A stretch of DNA of 64,000 bases from Octopus bimaculoides (lineage: Eukaryota). The position numbers and the translations under genes are program-made. Location of the stretch: positions 161,976,383-162,040,382 of the forward strand of contig NC_068982.1 in the NCBI RefSeq assembly GCF_001194135.2. Direction: 5' to 3'. This document shows positions 51,235-62,777 of this stretch, in pieces. The notes under the pieces are model-generated. The model had not been told where the DNA came from and searched no databases. It saw nothing but the letters and a program-made list of their open reading frames with translations. The first letter of the stretch is position 1, and each line of letters begins with the position of its first letter.

Positions 51235-52140
51235 GCTTATTCACTGGAAGTGAAATTAGATTGTTGAACTTATTTACTGAAGGTGGGCATTGATTATATG
51301 ATCAATTTAGTGGGGGTAGGTCTAGATTGTTAAACCCAATTATTGGAGGTGGAACTGTATTGCTGGAGCTCTTTGAGATGGACCTAAATTGTTGAAACTA
51401 TTTATTGAAGGTAGATTTAGTTTGTTGAACCTAGAAGTGGAACTAGATTATTGGTTCTCTTTACTGGAGGTAGAATTAGATTATTTGAACCTGTTTGCTG
51501 GAGGTGGAGCTAGAGCAGTAGTTCCCAATCCTTTTATTTAAATGAGTTTTCCCACGAACCCCTTGTAATATGCTTATCCTTACGTATGTCTGTATATATG
51601 TGTGTGTGTGCATGTATGTATATATATATATATGAAATTTTGAATTTAGTTCACAGACCCCCAGTACTACCTTTGTGGACCACAGGTTGGGAACCACTGA
51701 GCTAGAGTATTGGACCTATTTACTGGAGGTAGAGTTAGTTTATTAGACCTACAAGCCTCCAATGAATTTCAGTACCTGACACACTTTCCAGTCAGGGAAA
51801 TTTGGTGCACATGTCAGAAAGAAAAATGGCACAATCAGATTCAAACTTTGATCACATGACCAAAATAGTACCAACTGTAAGCATGCGTGTGCAGAAGGCT
51901 GTGTGGCAATAATAAAGATATGTTATGGTGGAAGTGTGGATAATTCTTTTACTTCCCCTCATATTTACAGGAGGTGGAGCTAATTTATTGGATCAATGAG
52001 CCATTTTCTGATTGTGAAGCTAAATTATTGGACCTATTTTGTAGAGGTGCAGCTAGATTATTTGGACTATTTACAACAGGGGCAGCTCGATTATTGGTCT
52101 TATTTACTGAGGTGAAGCTAGGTTGGATCAATTTACTTGC
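51235..52140. repeat. Degenerate 33-bp minisatellite interrupted by two insertions
   Basis: Consensus about TATTTACTGGAGGTGGAGCTAGATTATTGGACC, roughly 15 decayed units. Confidence 0.8.
51516..51699. mobile_element. hAT (Charlie-like) MITE with perfect 8-bp TSD
   Basis: agctagag|cagtagttcccaa ... ttgggaaccactg|agctagag. Confidence 0.9.
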
Positions 52141-52581
52141 ATGAAACAGGTGTAGTTATAAATAATGAATACAGCAAGTTGTATAGTCAAACAACTATCT
52201 GTCATGTTTATGTAACATAAAGTATTCAATGATTGACTAATGTTGATGACCAGCAATGTATTAGTGAAATAGTGTAAAGTAACAGTCATTTGATCCTATA
52301 ATGTGAGTTTCTTTTTTTAGTTGTAGTGATTTCATTTTACTGTACATTTGTCACTATAGTTTCTAAGTAAAACATGGTAATTACCTGTCATTTAGTCATT
52401 TCTTAAAATTATAAACCTTTGTGTTTATATCTACAAATTCTGCCATAATCAGAGATATTTTCCCTCTCTTTTACCACTGTGTAGCTGAATATATTGAGGG
52501 TTGTCCCAATATCCCCAGTAAGTTATGCAACTGAAAAAAGACATCTTAAAATATTTGATATAAAGAAATAGTGTGTTTGTA

Positions 52582-52620
<39 letters not shown>

Positions 52621-52667
52621 TGTTACTTTTAATTAAATAATATTTCTGAAATCAATTTTCTTTTTAG

Positions 52668-52850
52668 GAAACTAAAGAAAATGTCAGTCTTTTGCTTCAA
52701 CTGGCTGATGGTTTTGTTTCTAAAGGCACATTTCATGCCAGCAGCATCATGGCATGGTGTGCTGCTGTAGATAAACGATATAAAGACTTCTCTTCTCGCA
52801 TGGAGAAATACAGACAAAAACTAGAAGGCAAACTCGGTGTCACAAATGAA
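52668..52850 (+). CDS. TRIO: Trio exon, last spectrin repeat (0 to 0)
   Basis: ttttag|GAA...GAA|gtgagt; ETKENVSLLLQLADGFVSKGTFHASSIMAWCAAVDKRYKDFSSRMEKYRQKLEGKLGVTNE. Confidence 0.96.
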
Positions 52851-53030
52851 GTGAGTGTTTCTCAGTATAAAATACTTTTCAAAATTTGTTTTTCAATGTT
52901 GTGGTTACTTTTATCTTTTTATTTGACTTAATAAAAGTAAATGTATCAATTTAAATACTTCCGTTCAATTCATTAAGCATTGTTTTAGAGAAATCTTTCT
53001 AATTCTCTGTGTTATTTTGTTTATTTGTAG

Positions 53031-53137
53031 ACTGAGAAAGAAGACAGGCAAAGTGATCCTTCAATTGAAGAAAAACTTCAACAGCATGCTCCTAAGGAAC
53101 TTACTGAAGAAAAAAGAAAGTCTGCTAGACGACGAGA
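53031..53137 (+). CDS. TRIO: Trio exon, linker before DH1 (0 to 2)
   Basis: ttgtag|ACT...GA|gtaagg; TEKEDRQSDPSIEEKLQQHAPKELTEEKRKSARRR(E). Confidence 0.95.
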
Positions 53138-54159
53138 GTAAGGGCCTGTTTAAAATATCTTGTACATCTTGTGCTGTCATTATTCTTAATATTGGTTTGC
53201 CATTATTATTCTTTTTTAATAGCCAGGCTGGTCTTGATAGTTATATTGTTAAGGTATTAAACATTCTGATGAGGTAATCCTCAGTGATGTGATTTGTCAG
53301 GTGAACAGTGACTATGACCTTTTAAATCTGAACAACACAGCAGGTACCACAGTATGGTAAAGTTCACTATACTCTGTCCATGGCATTTAATTAACAACCT
53401 GATCCATATAACTTCCATGAGTTCTATAGTTCACTGCTGTTTAACTTACTACACTTAAAATAGTTTAGTTTTTTGTTGACTTCCATTGCTAATTGTGTAG
53501 GTGTATATTTAGTGATTAGAGTGTCAGACTCACAATCATAAGGTTGGAAGTTTGATTCCCAGTTGAGGTAGTCTATTGTGTTCTGCAGCAAGATACCTGG
53601 CCTTCAAGTTGCTCCAGTAAATTCAGCTACCGAGTACCAGCCTAGTGCTGGTACACCCTTCTTTACTTTCAGCGTCATATCCTAGATTTCAACTGGATTA
53701 CCAATGGGTGGATAGAGAGAATGTTGTCTGTTCACGACTATCTGGTTACCTGAAACAAATAGTGAACACTTAGTACATACTGCCAAGCCATACATGCTTG
53801 CAAGTCTAGTTTCTATTGCTAATTCCTCTCACATGAAAAGCTAACTGCAACAACAGACCAGTGAAGATTTATATTTCATATTTACTTTACAATCTACTAG
53901 GATATAATAGCTAGCACTATGGACCATTATGATTCAGAAGTAATGGAGGAATAGTCTTTAAGAATATAAAGAGGAAAAAAACTGCTGTTGGAAGTTTTGC
54001 ATAATTAAACTTGTGTCATCTTAAACTCACAGGCTGAATTCATTCACAGATTGATACAAAATATCCTCTTTCAGTTTCATTTATATTTGTGTGTGTGTGT
54101 CTCTCTCTGTCTATCTGTCCATTCACTTGTGCATGCACACACACACACACACACACACA

Positions 54160-55406
54160 TCAGGTCATCCCATAAGTAGTGTCCAAATTTTAAATAAGGA
54201 GAACAAATGACCAAATCTTACATTTTAATGAAACTTAACCATCAGTATATTTTCCATGATTATCTATGACATCTTTCCATCTACTTGTAAGCTTTTAACT
54301 CCTATTAGTGAAAAACTCTTTCAGTTTCAAAGAGAACTCTGAAAGGTCAGTTTCAACTTTTTTAGTTGTTTTGAGGGTTAATCCATCCAAATGATTCTGT
54401 AAACTATGAAACAAATGGTAATCTGAAGGAGTAGGATCTGGGGAATAAGGCAGATAAGCAATTTTCTCTCAAACAAATTCCTAGATTTTCTGTGATGTGA
54501 TCTTTGCAGTGTGGGGTTTTGCATTGTCCCAATGAAACACCACTCTCTTTCAATTCTCTAAAGTCTTTTTTCCTCAAAGCAACATTCCAATGCTCTAATT
54601 GCTGACAGTAGATTTGAGCATTGATTGTTGCATTAGTTGGTAGCAACTCGAAATGGATGAATCCTTTGCAATCCCACCAAATAGAAAGAAGAACCTTCTT
54701 TGCGCGGAGTTCCCTTTTCACCAAGACAATGTCTATGATGCTTAACATTTTAATAAAAGACCCATTTTTCATTACTGGTCACCAGTCTGTCCAAAAAGGG
54801 TGAGATGAGTTCACAAGAATGAAGAAAAGAGTAGATGTCTACTTGGGATTTGCAGTTGGCTTCAGACAAATCATGAGGCACCCATTTTCTGAGTTTTGAA
54901 ACCTTTCCAAGCTGTTGAAGATGGCGATGAACAGTTGTATGGCTTGAACAAAACTTGCTTGCCAATTCTTCAACTGAAACTGCATGATCTTTTTTAACTT
55001 CTTCTAAAAGGAGCTTGTCATTAAACTCAATTGGACATCCTTTTCAGGCCTCATCTTCAAGGCTGAAATCTCCACCTCTGAATTTTACAAACCATCTTCT
55101 GCAAGTTCTTTCATTCAGGCACTCTTCTTCATAAGTTGAGTGAATATTTCAAGTCACTTCAACTGCAGAGTTACCTTTTTTAAACTCATAAAGCATTATG
55201 TGCCTGAAATGCTCCTTAGAGGCTTCCATGTTTGAAGAGCTTTAATTAGTGAAATTTCAATTAGCTTATCCTGCAAAATGAAATTTGATTAGTTTAAATT
55301 ATGTCCAAATACATATAAATATTACTTGATGCCATTAGACATTCTAAAATTCTGTTAAAGCATTTGAAAATATAGAAGTCCAGACATTAGTTATAGGATG
55401 ACCTGA
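54160..55406 (-). mobile_element. Full-length inactive mariner transposon (1247 bp)
   Basis: TIRs tcaggtcatcc(c/t)ataa(g/c)ta(g/a)tgtc (21/24); TA on the right. Transposase from ATG at 55229: MEASKEHFRHIMLYEF...WVPHDL...DRLVTSNEKW...WDNAKPH...PYSPDPTPSDYHLF, with stops and frameshifts. Confidence 0.95.
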
Positions 55407-55546
55407 TATTACAAGGGAGAAGATGAGATTTAATTCTGAAGATTTCTCATTTTATTTGCTGAGGTTATTTCAGTTTCTTTAAAAAAAAAAAAACACTGCA
55501 AAAACTTGTTGAAGATATTTGTATGTTTTGATTTATTTACTTTCAG

Positions 55547-55613
55547 ATTTATCATGGCTGAATTACTACAAACTGAGAGATCATATGTGAAAGATTTAGA
55601 AACTTGTATGAAG
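55547..55613 (+). CDS. TRIO: Trio exon, DH1 CR1 (2 to 0)
   Basis: tttcag|A...AAG|gtttgt; FIMAELLQTERSYVKDLETCMK. Confidence 0.96.
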
Positions 55614-56194
55614 GTTTGTGCTTAATTTCATATCTTTATTTTTTCTATTGAGAAATTGAGCCTGTATATAGTCATTCAGTCTGCTACATATAGCAACCAA
55701 ATTTCTTTCAAATTACACTCTACTATCATGTCATGTAGTTCACTACATCCTTGTATCATAGGGACTGCTGGAAAGCCCTTGATCATATGCTTGCTCTTTC
55801 AGGATTAACTTGGGCTTAGACAATAATGATTGTTAAAATTTGATAAAACGACTAGCTACTGGGAGAACCTCTACAGAGTCACCCTAAGTAATAGCCAAAT
55901 CTCCTCCAAATCACACTTAGGACACATGTTAGATAATCTAGTCTTAGATATCCCCTCAATGCAAAGGTCATAGATGGAATGCCTTTGGTTTGCTCAATCA
56001 AGGTTGACCTGAGTTTTGTAACTCAGTGCCAGCAAGTGAGCTATGTGAACCCTTGAGAAATGCAACAATACTGTAAACTACTATACAACAACCCTATAAA
56101 GTACCATGCACAGCACTTTAAAACACTACATATAAGAATTCTCTAAAATACTGTACATGACAACACAGTAAAAAAGCATATACAACATTATCTC

Positions 56195-56570
56195 ATCATC
56201 ATTTAACATCTGCTTTCCATGCTGGCATAGGTTAGACAGTTTTTACTGGAACTGGTAAACCAGAGGGCTGCCCCAGGTTCCAGTCTGATTTAGCATGGTT
56301 TCTACAGCTGGATGCCCTTCCTAACACCAATCACTCCAAGAGTGTAATGTGTGCTTTTTATGTGCCAGCAACACAGGTACCATTCACATGACACTGCCAT
56401 TGGCCATGACTATGATTTTACTTGGCTTGACAGATCTTCTCAAGCACAGCATATTGCCAAAGGTCTCAGTCACTTGTCATCACCTCTGTTAGGCCCAACA
56501 TTCAAAGATCATGCTTTACCACTTCGTCCATGTCTTCCTGGGTCTACCTCTTCCATAGGTTCCCTATGCA
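56195..56570 (-). mobile_element. RTE LINE 3' end with tail
   Basis: Same family as 9231-9800, including remnant GRGRPRKTW coding. Confidence 0.8.
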
Positions 56571-59039
56571 GTTAGAGATCAGCTATAAATTGTAATTTAC
56601 AACTACACTCTAAGCTACCACACAACTATCCTACAAACCATCACTGTAAGCCACTGTGCAGAAACCCTACAAACCACTGTACAACAGCACTTTTAAACAC
56701 CATATGACAATGCTATAAACCACCATGCAATATTATGAATAGCTGTACACAGCAACACTATAAACCACTGTTATATGATGTTGGTTTCACATTTTGGCAC
56801 AAAGCCAACAATTTTAAGGGAATGGGTAAGTTGATTACATTGACTGCAGTGCTCAACTGGGACTTATTTCATCAGCCCTCAAAGGATGAAAGGCAAAGTC
56901 AACCTTGGCAGATTTTGAATTCAGGATGTAAAGAGGGATGTAATGCTGCTAAACATTTGGTCTGGCGCACAGACAGTTCTGCCAGCTCACCACCTTCATA
57001 TAATATTATGAAATATCATATTGTTGTGGAAGGAATCCAACCACCCCTCAAGTGACTAAAAGGTGGACTGATTCATTGTTATAAAACAAAGAACTGTGAA
57101 CAATTGGCATTTTGGGTTGGTTAGCAGTTCACTGTGAGCCTTTGATATAGAGCATTGAGTATCGTGTATTAGTAATGGTAGTGTGTTGTGTATATACTTT
57201 CTTACCCCTGCTTCATTGTATTATATATCCAATATAAGGATATAAAACATATATAACTCTGTATAGCATCATACATCAACAATATAAAACACCATGTTCA
57301 ACATTGCAAAGCAGCACACCACTTTATAAGACAGCATACGTATCTCTATAAAACATCTCATGTAACATTATATCACACAAAAACTGCTTACCTAATAACT
57401 GCTAAAATAACATACATACCAACACTATAAAACATAACAATACTGCAAAACACTACTCACAATGCTATAAAACATCATCATAACAACATAGTACACTGTA
57501 CATATGTGACTGTTAATGCACCTGTTGCCAACATACAAACTTCCTTCATACTGTTCTTCATATTTATATTAAAGATGCAATTAATCTATGGACACCTGGG
57601 TATTGCTGTTTCTAACCTGGTACAATGTGCACCTTTCTAACTTTTACAGTCATCATTATTAGCCGTGAATTAACCTGTTTATTATCTTTCGGCATTCTCT
57701 CCCAACAGCCCACATACTACCATGTGCACGTGCACAATGTTGACTCAGATACAAATATTCACATATGTACATACCTAATGAAATACGTAGACACGCACAA
57801 AGTGTTTGTTACTAGCACTGCAATGTAAGGGAGGCAATTAGGCATCCAATTAAACTGCAATTATAAGAATGTCTGCCTGCCTCCCTTTAGATGCTTAAAC
57901 TGAAACATTTTTCTTTCTTTCTGAGAAACATACATATTTATCAGTCTACTTCTTGAAGTATTCAACCAAGATTTCAGTGATATGTTTACAATATTCTTTA
58001 TAATCAAAATCTTTTCTGCCATGAAATATACACAAGATAAGAATGCTTTTAAGTAAGAAGGTATAATACATTAAAATGTGTTTTGGTAGAATTCTTAGAT
58101 ATAGGAGTTAAGAGACAAAATAGATAATAGTAAAAGATCAACATCACATAGAATCATTGTACAGGTTGTAATGTTAATTATATACAGTTGAAATCAGTTT
58201 CCTTCAAGATGTATGCAAAATGAGGCTAGAAGTTGCTCCTCAACAAATTAAACAGTAAATTTTGTTTATTTGAAAGAATGTAATATCTTAAAGGTTGGAT
58301 TATGCTCTGAGTTTTTTATTTATTTTTTTAATTTTGTATTTATGAAAGTTTAGAGAACGGTGAAGTAAATATTTAAATGATATTGACCAACATTGAGGAA
58401 CCTCACTTGCTGGTTAGGAAAAATTGTTGTTGTTATGGACTTTCATGAATTGTATAAAGTCTGGAGAAATGGAACTATATCTCGATTAGCAGCCTGGGGA
58501 GATAAATGGTGTTTTGATGATCTGAAAAGTTGAGAGAAGTAAAGTAAATAGCCTTTGCTATGTATCTGTCTGGCAGCTGACCAGAATACGCACCTGCTGG
58601 AGGATAAAGAGGAGAGAAGAAAGAGAATATGAAGTTATTAAGAAGATTTGAAGCTGGCTATTTATTCATTACTTTGCTGTAGCTGTATGTGATGAAAGTG
58701 AACATAAACTGTATTGATCTCACCACTTGGAGGGCAGCTGGACATGTAATGGCCTCTCATAAGCATTTTCTGTCTTTAGATTTTGTGTGTACTAACACGG
58801 GTAAAAAGTAGGAGAAACTATCAATTTCTCTCTCTTGTAGTAAATTTTCTTTTTACATTGTTAAATAATACAAAAAAAAAAGAAAGGATTAAAATTAGAA
58901 GGGTTTTTTTTTTTGTTTTTTTGTTTTTTTTCAGCTACTCAGTTTTCTGAAGTTATCTGTTTCCTCATTGAAAATTGCCAAAAGCTCCGCAAAATTGTTT
59001 ACCATTTGTAATGATTTTTTATATCTTTCTCTTTTCCAG

Positions 59040-59149
59040 TATTACATGGGTGAAATGTTAAATCAACAAAATAATATTCCACCTGGCATTGAAAACAAAA
59101 CTGAAACAATATTTAGTAATATTAGAGAAATATATGAATTCCATGACAA
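59040..59149 (+). CDS. TRIO: Trio exon, DH1 (0 to 2)
   Basis: ttccag|TAT...AA|gtatgt; YYMGEMLNQQNNIPPGIENKTETIFSNIREIYEFHD(K). Confidence 0.95.
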
Positions 59150-59465
59150 GTATGTTTCATTTTCATTATTCTTAGTATTTTTCATTCACCATAATTCTCA
59201 TTATCTTCACCAAGATACTGCTTTCACTTACCTAAGCAATTACATTCTTGCAAACATTTATCTTTATACCTTTACTTGTTTATTTTCTCATAAAAGATCC
59301 AATGTTTTTACAAATTATATCTGGAATATATTTTGGCATCTGAGAAGAGCTCATCTATGTTTTTCTAAACGTTGTTTATTTTAAGTGAAGGCTGTATTTG
59401 CTTTGGTCTCAGTTTTAAATCAACACCAAATTATATACATAATAATTCATCATAATTCTTCTCTT

Positions 59466-59509
<44 letters not shown>

Positions 59510-59515
<6 letters not shown>

Positions 59516-59700
59516 ACACTTGTAACATAATGGTTTGGGCGTTGGGCTCACAATTGTTAGGTTGTAGGTTCAATTCTCAGATTGGGCAAAATACATCTTG
59601 TCCTCAAATAGTTTGCTTTATTTCTTGTTGCTTCAGTCCACTCAGCTAAAAATAATTACCAGCAATTGCTGGCATTGAGGAGTCTTGTACTCTCAGTCAT
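59510..59700 (+). mobile_element. Degenerate tRNA-derived CORE-like SINE
   Basis: ggttgtaggttcaattctcag B-box-like head, gtcctcaaatag..ttgcttcagtccactcagct; related copy at about 53490-53760. Confidence 0.55.
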
Positions 59701-59754
59701 TTAGACACTATGGAAATTTTGGTGAAATGGGTTTGTGTATGTGTGTGTGTGTAT

Positions 59755-59960
59755 GCCTATCATCATTATCATTTAATGTTCATCTTCCATGTTGGCATGG
59801 GTTGGGTAGTTGGACAACATCCTACCAAGCAGAGGACTGTGCCTTTTCTAGTGCCAACCACTTTACAGAGTGTTCTGAATGCTGTGATGGATGCGTCTTC
59901 TCAAGCACAGCAAAATTGCCAATTATCTTAGTCCTTTGTCATCTCCTCTATGAGGCTCAA
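59755..59960 (-). mobile_element. Degenerate RTE 3'-tail copy
   Basis: catcattatcatttaatgttc..ccatgttggcatggg...gccaaccac. Confidence 0.65.
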
Positions 59961-60708
59961 CATCTTGTGTGTGTGTGTGTAGCCATATTAGAATTCTATT
60001 TGATATTATACACATATTCACTCATTCATTTTATGTTTGTTTCTCTATACTGCACAAGTTAGACAAATATGCTTCGAGGTATTATTTTACAGCTGAATGC
60101 TCTTTCTGACACAAATCCCTACATGTTTTTCAAATAAGTGATCTTTTATTTTGTGTAACTTCGAAGGCACAAAGTGAGAAGACAAGTTGTTGACAAGAGA
60201 AGTTCCAACAACACTGCATGAGTGTCATAACTTTCAAATAATCAAATGCAGATATGAACAAACTCATACACTTGCATGTGCATACCCCCCCCCCACACAC
60301 ACACACAATGGGCTCCTGTTCAGTTTACCTGTACCAAATCCACTCACTTGGCTTTGGTCAACCCAGGTCTATAACAGAAGACACTTGCCCAAGGTGCTGC
60401 AGTGAGACTGAACTGGGAACTGCACAATTGGAAAGCAAATTTCTTAACCATACAGTTGTGCTTGTCTCTGCATCAATGAATTACACATTTACAAGGATTA
60501 ATTATACTGATAGAAAATCTAATTACAATTCTGTTCAATAATATAAATTCTTTTCCCCCTTAAAATGTTTTTCTAATCTTTGAAATTTTCACTGTCCAAA
60601 AATATTAGCCCAAGAAATACTTAACTCATCTTTTTAATTTATTTCAGTATACTGTCATATTTACACACACACATATATATATATATATTTTTTTTCTTTT
60701 ATTCTTAG

Positions 60709-60778
60709 AACATTCTTAAAAGAGTTAGAAAAATATGAGACTATTCCGGAAGATGTTGGGCATTGTTTTGTCACATGG
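60709..60778 (+). CDS. TRIO: Trio exon, DH1 (2 to 0)
   Basis: tcttag|A...TGG|gtaagt; [23 protein letters not shown]. Confidence 0.96.
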
Positions 60779-61368
60779 GTAAGTAGTATCTCACTAGCAT
60801 CATTATTTTTTGCAGTTTAACATAGATAACTCATCTGAAAATGAGTACCAGATGATTACCAGTGCAGCTCTTTCTCCTTCCAGCTGTCACATCCTGACTG
60901 TTCTGCTGAGTCAAAGGAGAGAGAGTTGAGAGGGTGTCCGTGTTTGTTCACAACTACATAGACACCTAAAACAATTAGCAAGTGTGGTACATGTTACTAG
61001 GTCATACTAGCTTGCAAGTGATGGCTAAGATGACTTAAAGTTAAATTTATTTATTGAGAAAATGATAAAAATTTAAGGATTCAAAGTAGTTTTGAGGCAA
61101 CTATAGCCATTTAACTCTTGTATTTTGTTGATCTATGTACAATAATACTCGACCTACAATTGTCTTATCCATCTGTTATAAACAAGTTGCAGTTGTCGCA
61201 ACCATCTGTTATAAGCAGTTCTTTTAATAGTTACTTTTATAAATAAATAATTGTAGCAATCCACACTTTTTATTTCTTCATTTACCACTTAAAAACATTA
61301 AAATCATGAAACCTTGATTTGTACATATAATTCAGTTTTCATTAAAATACAAAATTTTTCTTTTACAG

Positions 61369-61458
61369 GCAGAAAAGTTTTCTATATATGTACTATACTG
61401 CAAAAACAAGCCAGATTCAAGTCAGCTTCTTATGGAACATGCTGGGACTTTCTTCGAG
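61369..61458 (+). CDS. TRIO: Trio exon, DH1 CR2 (0 to 0)
   Basis: ttacag|GCA...GAG|gtacaa; [30 protein letters not shown]. Confidence 0.96.
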
Positions 61459-62176
61459 GTACAATCATTTTAACTTTTGTTTGTTAGAGTAAATTTCAAT
61501 ATCGTGAAAAATGAATTCCAAAAGTGAGAACTAAAAAATTGTGTTTATATGCTTGTATCTCTAAAATCTATATAACTTTTCTTCTGATCATAATGAGGCC
61601 TTTTCTGGCATGAACTGCCTTAAGAATTCTTACTTCATGAAATAAAGGAGGGTAGGTTAGTTTGAAGAGAAAAAATAAAATGGACGAAAAATAATATATA
61701 ACAGAAGAATGAATTTTCTTTGTTTCACATTGTCGACATGTTAACTGCCAACATGTTAATTGTGAAACATTAGGCTGAGATCTGTTTTTATTGTTTAGCC
61801 ACTGTGTAAATAGTATCTAATGGACTAGGGCATTGGGGAAGCATCAGGTGGAAAGCAAGCTGGAAATTTTATATGAACAGATCTAGATTGGGTGAGAACG
61901 CATCTTTGTTTCAGAAACAAATATTCAAAATCAATTTCTGTTGATATATTTGATACATGGAATCCTTCCTTCTTGAATGAAATGGTTTAGAATTATTTCT
62001 GCATGGCATTGTGTATATGTGAGGAGGTTTTATGCAAAGCATTTAGTTGGAGGACATTGCAAATAGTAAAAATATAAGACTTAGTATCAGGTAGATAGAT
62101 GTCATGATAGAAATATACTCACTATGTTAAAAACTTTTGGTAATTGTACATTTTTCCCTCCACTTCTTTTTTACAG

Positions 62177-62311
62177 GAAATACAACAAAAACATAAACTG
62201 AGTGAACCATTATCATCGTATTTGATCAAACCAGTTCAAAGGATCACGAAATATCGATTGCTTCTAAAGGATTTGCTTTCCTGTTGTGAAAATGATACTG
62301 GAGAAATTAAG
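62177..62311 (+). CDS. TRIO: Trio exon, DH1 CR3 (0 to 0)
   Basis: ttacag|GAA...AAG|gtaggc; [45 protein letters not shown]. Confidence 0.97.
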
Positions 62312-62538
62312 GTAGGCTGCTTCTTTCTATATTCAATCATTTCATGGAATAAACTTTTTGTTTCCTTGATCAGTTTTATTATAACTGTTTTTGCTCTGTA
62401 TATGTTTCTGTAATTTGTAGTTTTTCACTTGTCATCATCATCATTTTATGTCTGTTTCCCTTGCTGGCATGGGTTGGATAGTTCATTATGGTTTAAGTCA
62501 GATCTACTATTCTATATTTTTGAGATGAGTAACTATGT

Positions 62539-62777
62539 ACATTATTTACAATAGACAGATAGGTGTCCTCACCTTATTTGTTGTTTCCACAACGTTTTGG
62601 CTGATGTACTCTCCAGCCTTCATCTGATGGGGTACTCTGTTCTCTTTCCTAAGGTATTCTTTTTTTTTTTTTGCTGATATTATTTTTTGTTGATGTTATT
62701 TCCCAAGTCCCTGCCTGGGATTGAACGCAGAATCTGAGGGTTAGTAGCCTGCACTCTTATCCACTATTCTATATGCC
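62539..62777 (-). mobile_element. tRNA-headed SINE-like element with Penelope-like 3' portion
   Basis: Minus strand: ggcatatagaatagtggataagagtgcaggctactaacc...gttcaatcc (A/B boxes), A-rich linker, then gatgaaggctgg...agccaaaacgttg. Confidence 0.55.

Larger units (their letters stand above)
38495..62311 (+). other. TRIO: Partial multi-exon gene: Trio/UNC-73/Kalirin-family RhoGEF (16 exons; spectrin repeats into DH1 domain)
   Basis: Exons joined at GT-AG sites give one open frame of about 677 aa, collinear with Trio as I recall it (e.g. [66 protein letters not shown]). All intron phases are compatible. No start or stop codon lies in the window. Confidence 0.97.

Noticed and set aside
51235-52140. 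CRISPR-like array
   Set aside because: Contiguous decayed units with no unique spacers, no cas genes, and a eukaryotic intron context
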